Origin: Octopus vulgaris
Lineage: Eukaryota
Direction: 5' to 3'
NCBI GenBank assembly: GCA_951406725.2
Contig: OX597816.1
Location: forward strand, 26,846,001-26,910,000
Length of the DNA stretch: 64,000 nt
Below the pieces are notes generated by a model. It saw only the letters and a program-made list of their open reading frames with translations. It searched no databases and was not told the origin of the DNA. The translations under genes and the position numbers were made by a program. Numbering within the stretch: the first letter of the stretch is position 1; the number at the start of each line of letters is the position of its first letter. Positions 37,739-53,401 of the stretch are shown piece by piece.

Positions 37739-40700
37739 TATGTGTCTGTCTGTCTCTGTACCCCCACCATCGCTTGACAACCATCCCCGTAACTTAATTG
37801 TTGGGCAAAACACGCCGATAGAATAAGTACTAGGCTTACAAAGAATAAATCCTGGGGTCAATTTCTCTGACTAAATGCAGTGCTCCAGCATGTCAGCAGT
37901 CACATGACCAAAACAATTAAAAGAATAAAATACTATGCCATTTTTATCCTGAGCAACGCCGGTTATCTCTTCTAGTTATATCTAAATAAGTCCAGAATTT
38001 GAAAATGAGATTTATGGAAATAGAAATATCCCTAGCATTTTACAATTTAATTATGCAAACCTTAGCTATCAACTGGCTTCTTTTGTCTTATTGATGAAGC
38101 AAAATGGTTTCCAGCGTTGCCCTGGATTTAGAAGAGATTGCAAAACTTCTGAGTGGCTGCTGAAGATTCTACGTGGGGCAAAGAGATAGAGAGAGAGAGT
38201 TTGTGTGTCTGTGTATCAATTTCTATAAGAAATGATCTTCACAAGTTTTAGGTGTGACATCACCCATTTTCAATGGGAAGTGAGACTGCATGCCATCCCT
38301 TGAGAAGGGTCTCATCAACTAAGTCCTAAAATTACAAATATTGATATATTATTCTTTACTCTCTTTTACTTGTTTCAGTCATTTGACTGTGGCCATGCTG
38401 CAGCACCGCCTTTAGTCGAGCAAATCGACCCCGGGACTTATTCTTTGTAAGCCCAGTACTTATTCTATCGGTCTCTTTTGCTGAACCGCTAAGTGACGGG
38501 GACGTAAACACACCAGCATCAATTGTCAAGCAATGCTAAGGGGACAAACACAGACACACAAACACATATATATATACATATATACGACAGGCTTCTTTCA
38601 GTTTCCGTCTACCAAATCCACTCACACGGCATTGGTCGGCCCGGGGCTATAGCAGAAGACACTTGCCCAAGATGCCACGCAGTGGGACTGAACCCGGAAC
38701 CATGTGGTTGGTTAGCAAGCTACTTACCACACAGCCACTCCTGCGCCTATATTATATATGTTATTTGTAATTTTACACTAAGTTCAGTATGTATGTTGTT
38801 TATGTGCACATGTATGTGTTATTTATGCTAAATATTTTCATACCTAAGGTTTTTTTCCAGTATTTAGCACTCTGCATCTTTCTTATCGGTTGAAATAAAG
38901 CACCAAGCGTCAGGTTAGCAATATCACTTCCTGAGTAGAGATGTGTCTTTTCTGCTAAAGAATCCCAGTCTTTATCTGATAAATCCAAACATGTATTTTT
39001 TGTATGGATTTTAAAAAGTTGAACCCGAGCATCTCTGGAAATAACAAAAAAAGCACAAATCCCTGTTGACTGAGAATCACAATGTCAATAGATTTTTCAT
39101 GAAAATATAATTTTAGTAATTAACAAAACAGAATTTGTAAAAGTGGAATATCTAGAAAATCAATTGGCTGATTATATGACCAGTACTTTTTTCCTCACTT
39201 TGAAAAAAACTATGAAAAATAAATTTAAATCTGGCAGGATTAAAACTCAGAATATAAAGGAATGAAACTCATTATTATAAAGTATTACAAAGGAATGATA
39301 TTCAATACTACAAATTATTTAGCCAACTAAGTAAGGAGTATTGTCCATCCTGCTTGTTTTATTTCCCCAAATCACTGAATATAGAACATTTTTCACTCAG
39401 ATTGTTTCAGAATGTTTGCCATTGGCTATTTCACTGCTTCCATTTATTCTTTATTTTTTTTTCTGTTATAAAGCTGGTTTTTTTAAACATTTTCAGTAAC
39501 CTACTGTAATATTGTTTAATCATGAAGTATCATAAAGGCAAAAGGAAATTTGAGAGTTGATAGGTTAACTAAAGCTGTATCACATAAACAAGACAATATG
39601 AACAAGAGCACTCAGAGAGTGCAAACCTCTGCCAAGGCAACACCGATGTCTTCTCAATGATTAGCCAGAGATGATTTTTAAAATGAGAATATCTGAAATA
39701 AACTTGACTGCTCTCACAAATGAGAATACTAAAAATGAACCTGACCACTCTCAAAATTTAATTAAAAAATAATCCAGAACCCTTGTCTGCTACCTGATCA
39801 ATCCCAATGGTAGTCATGGAATGTAAAGGTGTGTGTGTGTGTGGGGGGGGGGTTGTAATGTTGTGTGTGTGTCATCTGCAGTGGGAACAGGGAGTTTTCT
39901 CTATGAAGGCCTCTTTTGGTCTATCCACTGATATAATGTCTTTACGACCATTAAGGTCTATAGTGAAAAATTTAACCGTGCATGAAAGAAAACAGAAAGG
40001 ACCTGCATATGAGTGCTGTTAATGGAGGTTTAACAACACTGTTGCACACAAAAGTATGAGTCCAAGAAGTAAAGCTTCCTTGAAGTCAGAGCTAGAAATG
40101 CAATTGTCAAGTAGGTAAGAGGTTTTAAACAGGAGCAATATATTCAAAATTGGTAAAACTAAAAATTGTCAAGGATAAATTAAATCTATTATTGTTACTG
40201 AATATGTTAGTGCTAATTAATTTCTGAACAGTTTTGCTGCTGTTTGTTTATGCAGTTTGATTTCTTTATCCATCAGTTTCTACTAAGATAGAAACACAAG
40301 TAAAATTGATAATAGAGAAACAAAAATAAAACTTTGGAAACAGCAACGCCACCTTAACTTATGTGGAAACCATGAGTGTGCTTTCAAGGGAGATAATCAG
40401 AGAAAGACTTGAAAGTGAATGTAAGATCATAATACTTCATGTAAATTAAATATAACAAATAATCCAGAATCCTTGTCCAGTGCCAAATCGATCCCAAAAT
40501 CTAAACAGTTTGTGCCAGTCATGAGGCCAAACATCCCTGAAAGTTGCATCTGAATCCATCCAACGATTCTTGAGATATCTTGTCTACGGACAAACAAACA
40601 CAACTGAAAACAATACCCTTAACTTCGCTAAGGTGGAGGTAATTATGAACAACTGGATATAGGTTTTTTTGTAGACCTATCTAATTCATCTCAGCAAAAC

Positions 40701-43700
40701 TGTTTATACACAATGTATCAACATCAATAAATTTTGATAAATCTACTAGACTGCAATGAAGATACTATCAAGAAATATTGTATAGGGTTATCTATGAAGT
40801 GAACTGAAGAAATGTCCTTGAGAATAACTATGCTCACATGATTACCATATGTCGATAGTACTATAACACACAATAATATTATGCTGCTGACATGATTATT
40901 TTGATCGAATAAATCCAATCTTCTGTTCTACATATACCGTATTTATAATTCTAACTCATATCAGCAGGAAATTAGAAAAACAAAATACATCTGACTGAAT
41001 TATAGTTGTATAAGGCTGGTGCAAGAAATAGAAACCTTAGCAATAGTGTCAAATACGAGAACAGAGCTGAGTAAACATTTCTCCAAGAAGGCCATCTGAA
41101 CTTCTGTGTGGGTTCCACAAGTCTGTGTTTGACTAAAAACTAAATTTCTAAATAGAACATAAAAATATAATTATCATTGATACAAGTGAATTATTTGGTA
41201 TACAGAGTTAAGTAACAGATACAACTGAATTTAATGTTATCTTGCTGTGGTCAGGATTCCACATGCTCATAGTTCTACATAAAGACAGTGCAGATTTAAG
41301 TCTACAATACAAACTCTTAAAATTTTCTTTCAGAGAATTATATGCTCCAACTGGAAATAATTCAACACTGCTTAAATATTAAAGGTAAAAGCAAGTTGAA
41401 TAGACTGCCTATATATTTAAAATCAGTAAACTGCCTAGAAAATTAATCTTTTAAAGCAAGATATCTGCTGTGCTTGTTTCTCTAAACAAAAATGTGTCAC
41501 AAGGTGTCTGTAACAAAGAAAAATACTGAAAGTTGTGTTCATTAATTAGTTTGGAAAAGAGTGCTAGTTGCATTTGAAATGATTTAATTTCCTCAAACAA
41601 TTCATAAGCAAAAACACTTTGGCCTTGTAACTTAATGGCTCCATTCATTAAATTTACCAAAAATATGAACTGTAAATACTAAATCACATAGCCATTCTTT
41701 TTCATGTTACTTAAAAATTCACAACTCAAGATCTTCATTTCAAGAAAGAACATATTTTCTCTCAAATTTAATACACTTTTCAGAACATCTCTCAAGTTTA
41801 ACTATGATGCAGAGCATCTAAATATTCACATTCCATATTATCCAACTTCTGAACTAACTCTAAGGTATGTGAGCTTTCCTTGCTCATTTCCTTGTTACTG
41901 GGCTACCAAACCTGCAACCACCTAGTATACTAACAATGCTAGAACCGACTGCTTACTTCTAACGATTACATGCCTTCCAGACCTGCTATCATTTTTAATC
42001 AATAGAATTGGTTTTAAGAAATTCATGTCAGCAACAGCAAATTGATTACTTTCTGGTGTTAACTTGTTCAAAGTATTATTTACTTATCGGGAAGTGGAAT
42101 ATAAATCCGTTTCTGGAAACGTCTCAAAAACGCTACATCAAGTTCCCAAGGACAGTTTGTTGCACATAGCAGAAATATATTGTCTTTGGTCTCTGTGTTG
42201 CCAACTCCTTCCATTTGTTTCAATAGTTCAGTTTTGAATCGTCTTGTATGTTCCTCTTCTTGCACATTTCTCTTTCTGCACAAACTATCAATTTCATCAA
42301 TAAAAATAACCTAAACATAAGAAGCAAATCAGAGTGAAAATAAAAATCAGTGACAATTGGTAAAAACTAAATAGTAGTATAGAGAAATAGTAGCAACATA
42401 TTTACTACAATAACTGTAACTTAATCTAAAAATGAAAAAAAAATGTGTTACTGTATAGTTAATATTTTATTTTAGTAATATTTTTTAAAGTTCTTACAGC
42501 TAAGAACATTACTATAGTAACATTTTTGTTTCTAATCTAGATATCTTTTCTCTGTTGATTTATTACTGAATGAAGGATTATACTTAAAACAATGCCAAAA
42601 GCGATGGTATAAGAATAAAATGTCTAAAATATCAAATTGTACTCAATATTCTAAAGTGAATCTCATGAAATGGCTATAGTAAATGTTAAACTAATGTTTT
42701 AATTAGAGACATTTTCAATTAAAGCTTTCCACAGAAACAATATAAGTCAATGAAACACATATTTATAATCAAGGCTCCCAATTCTAATGAAATTGTTGAA
42801 TTAATCTCAGATGTATAAAAATACAGCTTGGACAGGATTTGAACAAATAAATGTGAGGCACAAATCTATATTTTTAGAGTTTTATCATGAGAAAGAAGCA
42901 GATTCTCTTTGCTAGACTGATAAAATTAATATGGCTTATATTTAGTTTGAATGTCAGTAAATTGACATCTGCAATAAATCATAGGCAGTAAGAGAATTCT
43001 GGAGAGTTGACATTTTGGAAATGAAAGATTGAATATTAATGTTGGGCAGAGGGAATGGGGGATAATAATCACTGCACTAACTATGTGAGCACTGGTCCTA
43101 TCTATTTGATAATTTGATGGACATGTTGCAAAGATACTGTGTCACCATTGCTGCATAGAGTGCTAGGTTACTATTGTCGTGAAGGTAGCTTGTTGGATGT
43201 GTATTATGTTGATGACCATCATCATGTGGTCTAGCTGGCTGTATGTATAATGAATGAAACAAATCACAAACTGTTAACTTTTAGCATATTTACTGCTGGA
43301 CATGATTTACTGCGTTGGCTGTTTACAAAAGAAAGATACTGATAATATAACTACTGACTAGGAGAAAACCACATTGTGTCTGTATATTTCTTTACTACCC
43401 TCAAGGGGCTAAACACAGAGGAGACAAACGGATTAAGTCGATCACATCGACCCCAGTGCGTAACTGGTACTTATTTTATCGACCCCAAAAGGATGAAAGA
43501 CAAAGTCGACCTCGGCAGAATTTGAACCCACAACGTAACAGCAGACAAAATACGGCTACGCATCTCGCCCGACATGCTAACATTTCTGCCAGCTCGCCGC
43601 CATTGTGTCTATAGTAGGCTAGTCATGTTTGCTTGTGTGTGAGTGTCTGAAGTCATTTCTTGCTCAAGGTGGTCAGTCCAAGTGTCTGATGTGGTCTGAT

Positions 43701-46700
43701 CTTAGCAGTCTGCCTTCTGTAAGTGCCCATGATGGTGTGCATGAATATTCAAGGCCAATATCAAATATCGGTTATTACTGCAAACTTGGGAAGGTTCGTG
43801 ATGAAATTTGCTCTGAAATCATGCATTCAAAGGTAGATGAAACATTCCTCAGTGTTGAATAGCTGGTTTTAACTGTTATATCATGTGGACGAAAAATTTG
43901 CGGGTGAAAGTACATGTCTAACCCATTAATAGATATGCTATTAGCATATAAATATCGTAGTAGGGGGCTTGTAGTAGTAAAAGTTATGAGCTTTCTGTGT
44001 TTGGCCTTTTGAACTTACTGCTGTTTGCCTGCCTCTGACTTGTATCCATTGCTATGTTGGGGAGTTGGATTTCATGAGATGATAAGTTGGGCTACTACTG
44101 TTGCAGTTTTTTGCTGGCCTTTACTTGTGCTGGGCATCACCGATTTTGCAATGGAAATTGGGCACCATTGTTACATAGAGTGCTTGGTTGCCATTATTGT
44201 GGTAGTAGCTTGTTGAATGTGTATTGTGTTGATGATCATTGTCATGTGGTCTAGCTGGCTGCATGTATAATAAATGAAATGAATCACAAACTTTTATCTT
44301 TTAACATTTTTTGCTGGACATTATTTACTGCATTAACTGTTTACAAAAGAAAGATGTCGATATTATAACCACTGACTAGGAGAGAACTATGTTGTGTTCA
44401 TAGAAGGCTAGCTGTAATACATTGTATAAGACTGTCTGAAGTCATTTTTTGCTCAAGGTGGTCTGGTCTCAGCAACCTGCTTTCTGTGAATATCCAAAGT
44501 GGTCTACATGAATGCCCATGGTCATCTAGTTTTAGCTGTCTGCTGAGACCACCTGTCTTCATGGTCAGTTGAAACTGTCTATGTGAATACCTGAGGTTCA
44601 CTACCTAGTGAAATGAGGGTGAAGTTCAGATCATCTGAGGAATCATCACATCACAGCTTTGTGCTGATTGATCAATTTATAGATCAATCACGTAAAATTG
44701 TGGTGGTTTACTCATGGTCCCTAACTGAATATCTTGTAGTTGGAATTCAAATCTCAGCAAACAGATTCAGGAGTGAAATCTTATTAGTAAGAAAATTTGA
44801 CAAAAAGTAATCTTAAGTAAAGAGTGTGTAATGAAATGTTTAGTTAGTAATGCTTATTTATTATATTGGTGACCTGATGCCTTTCCTTAGGGCATGGCTG
44901 AACTGAAATGCTTTCAACAAGAAATCAATGTTAGGATGTCAACTTGGTATATTTTTTTATTGTATCATTAAAACTGCCAGGAAAAATACGATATAGTATT
45001 TCTTCTATTGCTTTACATCCTGAGTCCAAATCTTGCTAAGGTCGGCTTTGCCTTTTATTCTTTCAGAGTCAATAAGATAAAGTACCAGTGGAGAGGAGGG
45101 GGGGTCAATGATAACAGCTAAGCTAAACTCCTTCTCCCAAATTTCAAGCTTCATACCTATGCTAGAAATAATTACTAAACTTGATACCACACTAACTCAT
45201 TCATTCTACAAGGAAGCACAATTCCCAAAATGTTAGATCATACTTCTTTTCTGTAAGACCAATAAACATATGTAGATGCTTAATAAATTCTCTTGAGAAA
45301 GTAAACTATAATCATCCTCTTTGAATCTGGAGATAACACTAGTCAGATGAGACTGTTTTGTTACCTTCCATTCACTTTGTATTATATTCCTAGTAGTAAA
45401 GTGTGTTCATTTTCACCAGACCATGTTTTAAGTGCAGTAAATTGGGATATAAGATTTTTTAACCAAAATATTATAGGTGAGAGTCATTCATGGCCACAGC
45501 CAACCAAATGAGTTGAGTTTTTGCCAAGTTTACTAAAATTTTATTTTCATTTCCATTATTTTCATTTTGATTAAAACAATGTAATATTTCATAGGTATAA
45601 TCTTTGTATTGTCAACAGGACATTTTATACCACAATGACAACGACATCACATTTTGTATATGAATGTGTACCTGTCTGAGAGTGTATGTGTGTAAGTGTA
45701 TGAGTGTGTATGAGAAATTTGTATTTCTACTGATTAAAAACTATAATATATACTGTAGACCGTAAAGTTTTATCTGAAACTGGATGAAAAATACTTTTAT
45801 ATTACAAATGGAGCTAGAATACTAACAAACTAAGTTAATCAAATAAAAACAACAACTAGATCACAAAACACAAGTCTAGCAAAAGCTCTGTCAAATCTAC
45901 AAACATCTGACAATACTTACTGATTTGGATTTGTTTCTACAGGCATGTTGGAAAAGTTCTTTGATAGATCTAGGAAATATAAGAATGAAAAAACATCATA
46001 AGCCTGAATTTTGTATGGAACATTGAGAAACTAATTTACAATAGAAATAACTAAGGATATAGATACACAACACACACAAGGAAGAATAATGATGAATAGT
46101 ATAGCTTAAAAATATAAATAACATCTATATATATATAAAATCTTTTGTCTCTGTCTGTTCCCAATACATTCTCAAATGGCTCAAGCAAATCAAATCAAAT
46201 TTTACATGGTAATACTAACAGTTATATATGTAACTTGAACAGACACACATATCAGTACATAAACATACTTACATGTACATACACATATACACACATGCAG
46301 ACACATCTACACATTTACATATGGAAATGCTCATATATACATATATGCATGCATGCGCCTTTACACATATACGCACATAGACACACATACATATATAAAC
46401 ACATATATATCATGAACTAACTGTTACTTTCTCAGATGCAACATAAAGTTTTGTCAGTGAACAGGTCACTGTTTCAAAGCAATGAAGATATTTTGACACA
46501 AATGAAATTTAAATGTTGAAGTGAGACTAACAGTTTTTGTGTGTTCTTGAATGGCTTACAAACATCTTCCATTTTGTAATCTTTCTATTGTCAACAGGAC
46601 ATTTTGTACCACGATGACAACATCACATTTTGTATATGACTGTATATCTGTCTGTAAGTGTATGAGTGAGTGTGTCTATCCATGTTAGATATGTTATTAA

Positions 46701-47809
46701 ACACACACACATCTACACATACATATGTGACAACTGACAATGATGTCACATTTTGTATAGGACTGTGTATTTGTCGGTGAATGTATGTGTGTGAGAGTAT
46801 GAGTGTGTATATATCTCACAGTGTGTGCCTTTCCGTGTTAGGTACGTTATTAAACACACTATATGTATGTAAGGACTGGTCAGTATCAATATGAAATTTT
46901 ATTTTCATTTTGATTAAAACAATGTAATATTTCATAGATATAATCTTTCTATTGTCAACAGGACATTTTATACCACAATGACAACAACATCACATTTTTT
47001 ATATGAATGTGTTCCAGTCTGAGAGTGTATGTGTGTAAGTGTATGAGTGTGTACATGTCTTAGTGTGTCTTTTTGCATTAGGTACATTATTAAACAGACA
47101 CACATCTACACATACATATACATATGTAACAGTACATTATTAAACACACACACACTCATACACTTACACAATTACACTCACAGACAGATACACATTCATA
47201 TACAAAATGTGATGTTGTCATGGTGGTATAAAATGTCCTGTTGACAATAGAAAGTATATCTCCATGAAATGTTATACTGTTTTAATCGAAATGAAAATAG
47301 AATTTCATATTGACACTGGCTAGCCCCCACATACATATAGTAAGATAGACACACAGAGACATACATTCATGCATGTCAGTTGTGTAATTAAACACACACA
47401 CATCTACACATACATACACACATGTGATAACTGACATGCCTGAATGTATGTATGTGAGTTCTAGAGGTGAAGCTCTTGAAAAAAAAAACAATGTGGTGGT
47501 AAGGTCCAAAGTATATATATAAAAATACACATTTACTGTTCCATTACTAGTTAATAATTATTGCAGCGATTGCTAGGTTACAAGGTATTTACAATTACAT
47601 ATCTACCCTTACATTAAGAAATTTATCCTATATATATAGGCGCAGGAGTGGCTGTGTGGTAAGTAGCTTGCTTACCAACCACATGGTTCCAGGTTCAGTC
47701 CCACTGCGTGGCACCTTGGGCAAGTGTCTTCTGCTATAGCCCCGGGCTGACCAATGCCTTGTGAGTGGATTTGGTAGACGGAAACTGAAAGAAGCCTGTC
47801 GTATATATG

Positions 47810-47840
<31 letters not shown>

Positions 47841-50800
47841 ATGTGTTTGTGTGTCTGTGTTTGTCCCCATAGCATTGCTTGACAACCGATGCTGGTGTGT
47901 TTAGGTCCCCGTCACTTAGCGGTTCGGCAAAAGAGACCGATAGAAAAAGTACTGGGCTTACAATAGAATAAGTCCCGGGGTTGAGTTGCTCGATTAAAAG
48001 TGGTGCTTCAGCATGGCCGCAGTCTAATGACTGAAACAAGTAAAGAGTAAGAGTATATATAATTCTTTGTCTCTCTGTAATAATTAGTGGCAAATTAGCA
48101 GTTCCATACATGTTCTATTTCATTCATTTGCTTATATTTTTTAAAATTTACACTGCAAACAGAAATACAGACATACTATAGTCCACAGTAAGCCATTATG
48201 CCTTATTTTTTCAGGAAATTCATTTCTACATATTCTCATGTGACTGCATAAGCTCACTTTGTTTCTTTTTCTACAGCCACACCAGCAATCCAATGTCAAC
48301 TCTTCGCCTTCTGCAACATTTCAACAGTTCACTTTCCCGTTGCTGTCTCCCATTGCAGCATTTTTTCTGGAATGTACTCATGTACGTACAATATCTCCAT
48401 TACACCTCCATTTATTTGACTGTCAACCATACAATGCATTGTGTTAGACACAGCACTGACTGCCTAAAAGGTGAGTATATCCACTGACAGCTTTTTCGTG
48501 GGTTCAAAAATGACATACTCCACCACTCTCAATTTTCCATAATAGGTTAGGGCATGGAATCCTCCAAACATATAACATGTTGCTTAGTCAAATTACACCA
48601 TCATTTACTTCACAAATGTTTTGTCGTCAATGCTGCACTTTCTCGTCGGAGGCGCAATGGCCCAGTGGTTAGGGCAGCGGACTCGCGGTCATAGGATCGC
48701 GGTTTCGATTCCCAGACCGGGCGTTGTGAGTGTTTATTGAGCGAAAACACCTAAAGCTCCACGAGGCTCTGGCAGGGATGGTGGTGATCCCTGCTGTACT
48801 CTTTCACCACAACTTTCTCTCACTCTTACTTCCTGTTTCTGTTGTACCCATATTTCAAAGGGCTGGCCTTGTCACTCTCTGTGTCACGCTGAATCTCCCC
48901 GAGAACTACGTTAAGGGTACACGTGTCTGTGGAGTGCTCAGCCACTTACACGTTAATTTCACGAGCAGGCTGTTCTGTTGATCGGATCAACTGGAACCCT
49001 CGTCGTCGTAACCGACGGAGTGCTTCCACACTTTCTCGTATCACCTGTTTCAACATAATATATATACAAACTACACCATTTTAATCCCAAGCAATGCCGG
49101 GTATCTCTACTAGTCTAGAATAAATCAATTACTAAAATTTTAGCATTTGTCAATTAACATATAAAATCCCAAGCAATTTAATATTTCTGCATAAATGAAA
49201 ATAAGGAATAATAGATACCAATTTGATAGATCTTTCCAAATACATGGTGTCTTATTGAAATGAGTATCAATGCTAATATAGAAACCACATTTAATGTAAA
49301 TTCAAATACTGAATTCAAAAGACTGATTTGTCTGAGATTTTATGATTTCTATAGTTAAGCCATTTGTTTAATATTCTAATTCTTTAAGGACATACAAACT
49401 AAAAATTACTTTTCACTTTCCCCAACCCAGCTTGAAAGGAGATTAGCACTTGATATGGAATAAAATGTAGAGGTTATTGCCGAAGAAAGGGCAAGTGCCA
49501 AACGAGATTTTCCAGTTCCTGGTGGTCCATACAATAATATTCTTTTCCAAGGTCTTCTATTTCCTGAAAATAAATAAATAAATAAATAAAATAAAGATAT
49601 ATAGTAATGTTACTTAATTTAAAGACAAGAGTCTTGAAATTAAAGAGAAGATAGAATTTGAGGAAAAAGATGAATGAGAAACGAGAGGCATTTAAGAGAT
49701 AACATAATTTCAGATCAAATTGTGCTATAGTAATGGACAGATGCTATCCATTCCACATGCAACTCCTGAGCTTAAAACTTCAATTTTCAGACCTAACATT
49801 AGAGTTTATAATTCCTATAATCACATATCACATGTACTAAAGATCAAAATACAAATAAACTAGGAGTGTATACACATATATGGTTGGGCCTTCCATAAAT
49901 AACTTTCACATTTAATTGCACCTCCCCAATCAGGAACCACTATTTTCTCAAATATACATTTATAACACAGTATATGAAACTGGATTATTGAATGGGAATA
50001 CTAAACAGACTAGACAGGGATATCATGAGATTACTACTAGTGATGATGCTAAAACGGGAAATTCGCAGCCCTATTTCACAATAACAGTCAAAGACATTTC
50101 ATCTCTATTAAAACTCAAGAGTTGTCATTTCATCTATATATATAAAACTGAGAATGTGTGTCTGTCTGTATGTGTGCATCACTAAAACTCGAGAACTACC
50201 CAACCAATTTCATTCAAATTTTACACATGCCTTACTCAGGGTTCATGCAGTGTCATGGGTTAAAATAAAAATTTTCAACTTCTTGCCTAATGTGAGCCCA
50301 GAGCAATCTCTTATCTCTTACAGTATTTCAGTATTACGTGTCAAAAGTGAAACAATAATATCTCTATTGTAATGTGAGATGATACTTTCAGTTTAATACT
50401 TTCACTATTAATACTGAAACTATTATCTCACATATATACATACACATATATATATATATTATATACTTCTAATATAAGGATAACATTTTTTTCAAAAAAA
50501 ATTTTATCAGTGGCCTTTTAAGGTGAAAATTATAAACAATTATAAATAAGGGCAAAAGAAAAAATTTCTATGCCAATATGCCGAAAAAATAGACTTTGTA
50601 TCATCTAACAACATACAATATTTCACTATAAAAACACAGCGTATTGAAACGAAGAAAGCAAGTTAACAGAAATTTTTTAAAAATTCCATTATCCTTGAAT
50701 CAGATCGAATAAATGGAATACTTACATATACCTATAGAAAAAACAGATGCAAAGTCATGAATACATTTAAGTACCCCAAATATATCCAAATAGAAATTCA

Positions 50801-52334
50801 GTAGCAAGCCTCAACACATGTGTAATCGGTCAGGAAACTCACATAGAGGGGTTACCAGTCCCAAAGTGAATAGTAATAAATTTACTTCTAATATAAGGAT
50901 AAAATTTTTTTCAAAAAAAAAATTTTATCAGTGGTCAGCATATTAAAGGTAAAAATTTTAAGGTGAAAATTATAAACAATTATAAATAAAGGCAGAAAAT
51001 GAAGGAGAGTATATTTTAGATAAAAAAAAGAACTTTGTTTATTTTAATTTTGAAAAATAAAGGAAGTATAAAAAACCACATTATTTATGAGATGACCCAA
51101 TATATTTGTCTGGAAACATTGGAAAATCATTACGTACAAAATTAGAATCAACACTGTAATTAAAGAAGATATTGCTGTACTCATCATTTAGATATTTACC
51201 TGTAAAAAGATGTGGAAACTGCAAAGGCATTATAATAGCTTCATATAATGCCTGTTTGGCATCAGATAAACCAGCAACATCATTAAATGTCAAATGGCTT
51301 TTGGTATATATGCTGTCTTCAATGGCAGTTATTCGGTTTTGTTTAAATTTACCTATTAATGAGATTAATGATCAGAATTTGTAATCTATTATAAATACTA
51401 ATTAGCAAAATGATTAAAAAAATTAAAATAAATTAATAACAAAAGGAATATTTTCAGCTGATGTCCATAGCTGAGATGGAATTTCTAAGTCACAATTTTT
51501 TTTTTCACATACTGTGAATTCTCAAGGGAAGTGAGTTCAGAAGTCTGTTAAACTGATGATAATTTATGAGGCATCTTTCCTCTCACTCTCTCTCTCATGC
51601 ACATTCTTACATGATTTTCTTTACAACACATACACAGCCTATCTCTCTTTTATCTTAGTCATTCTTTACTCTACCTATTAGCTACTCCAACAGTATTTTT
51701 CATCATCATCATCACCATCATTGTCATTGTCATCATCATCATCTACTATCCATTTTCCATGCTGGCATGGGTAAGACAGTTTTACTGGGGCTGGTAAGCC
51801 AGAGAGCTCCACCAGGCTCCAGTCTATTTTGGCTAGGTTTCTACAGCTGGATACCCTTCCTAATGCCAATCACTCCACAGAATGTACTAGGTGTCTATTA
51901 CATGTCACCAGCACAGATGTTTTCTATGTGCCACTGGCACGGGTGCCTTTTACATGTCACTGGTACAGGTGCCCTCAATGTGTTACTGATATGGGTGCCT
52001 TTCATGTATCAATGGTACTGGCCATGACTACAATGTCACTTAGCTTGATATGTTTTCTCAAGTACAGCAAATTACCAAATGTCTCAGGCACGTTTTTCAT
52101 TTTCTCTATTTCTTTTTCTCTTTACTCTTTTACTTTTTTCAGTCAGTTGACTGCGGCCATGCTGGAGCACCACCTTTAGTCGAGCAACTCGACCCCGGGA
52201 CTTATTCTATGTAAGCCCAGTACTTATTCTATCGGTCTCTTTTGCTGAACTAAGTGACGGGGACATAAACACACTAGCATCGGTTGTCAAGCAATGCTTG
52301 GGAGACAAACACAGACACACAAACATACACGCAC

Positions 52335-52367
<33 letters not shown>

Positions 52368-53165
52368 CGACGGGCTTCTTTCAGTTTCCGTCTACCAAAT
52401 CCACTCACAAGGCTTTGGTCGGCCCGAGGCTATAGTAGAAGACACTTGCCCAAGGTGCCACGCAGTGGGACTGAACCCGGAACCATGTGGTTGGTAAGCA
52501 AGCTACTTACCACACAGCCACTCCTGCTATTGATTCTTTTGTGTGTTTTTATTTTGTTTAAATTTTTTATTCCCTTCCATATTGTTCTATAGATTATTTC
52601 ATTATTTTTTTTCTATCTCTGCTCTCAGTTGTTAATACCTTCAGCTCTTCTCCATTAATGTAATAAATTACATTAATGGAGAAGAGCGCATTCTTTAATG
52701 TAAAAGTTGGGTTGTAATAATACTGAATATGAATAGAAGATTAATTACAAATATTACTTAGCTAATCCACACAAAATAGGATAATGTGTTTTTTTTAATA
52801 AATGTGGGGAGAGGACCAAATCAATAAGTTCCTCAGAGATCTTTAAAGAAGCCAATATAAAGTACTTCAAAGAAAATATTATGTAATCAATACAAAAGGA
52901 TTGTGTGTGTACACATAAAATGTTTCATATACTACCATTCATATTGCATAAGATTCTTAAACAATGAAATATATTCTACCTATATACATATATACATACA
53001 CATATATATATATATAGATAGATAAAACTTACTTGGAAGTGGATGCGTGGCATTCGATCATATAATAACAAAATAATAAATAAAACATATGCATATATAC
53101 ATATATATATATATGTACCTACATCTATATGTATATATAAATGCATATATGGGTACAGGACACCC

Positions 53166-53198
<33 letters not shown>

Positions 53199-53307
53199 TA
53201 CATATATACATACATATATACATATACATACATATATACACATACATAAATACATAAATATATATACATACATACATATATATACATACATACATATATA
53301 TACATAC

Positions 53308-53354
<47 letters not shown>

Positions 53355-53355
53355 C

Positions 53356-53401
<46 letters not shown>

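Larger units (their letters stand above)
46124..49113 (+). mobile_element. ~3-kb non-autonomous Helitron with internal repeats and two nested SINEs
   Basis: A|TCTATATATAT start; end cccaagcaatgccggg..CTAG|T. Confidence 0.6.

Noticed and set aside
48648-48720. tRNA gene (also the heads of the other SINE copies)
   Set aside because: The acceptor stem does not close and the sequence continues into a 380-bp repeated body with a TSD, so it is a SINE head
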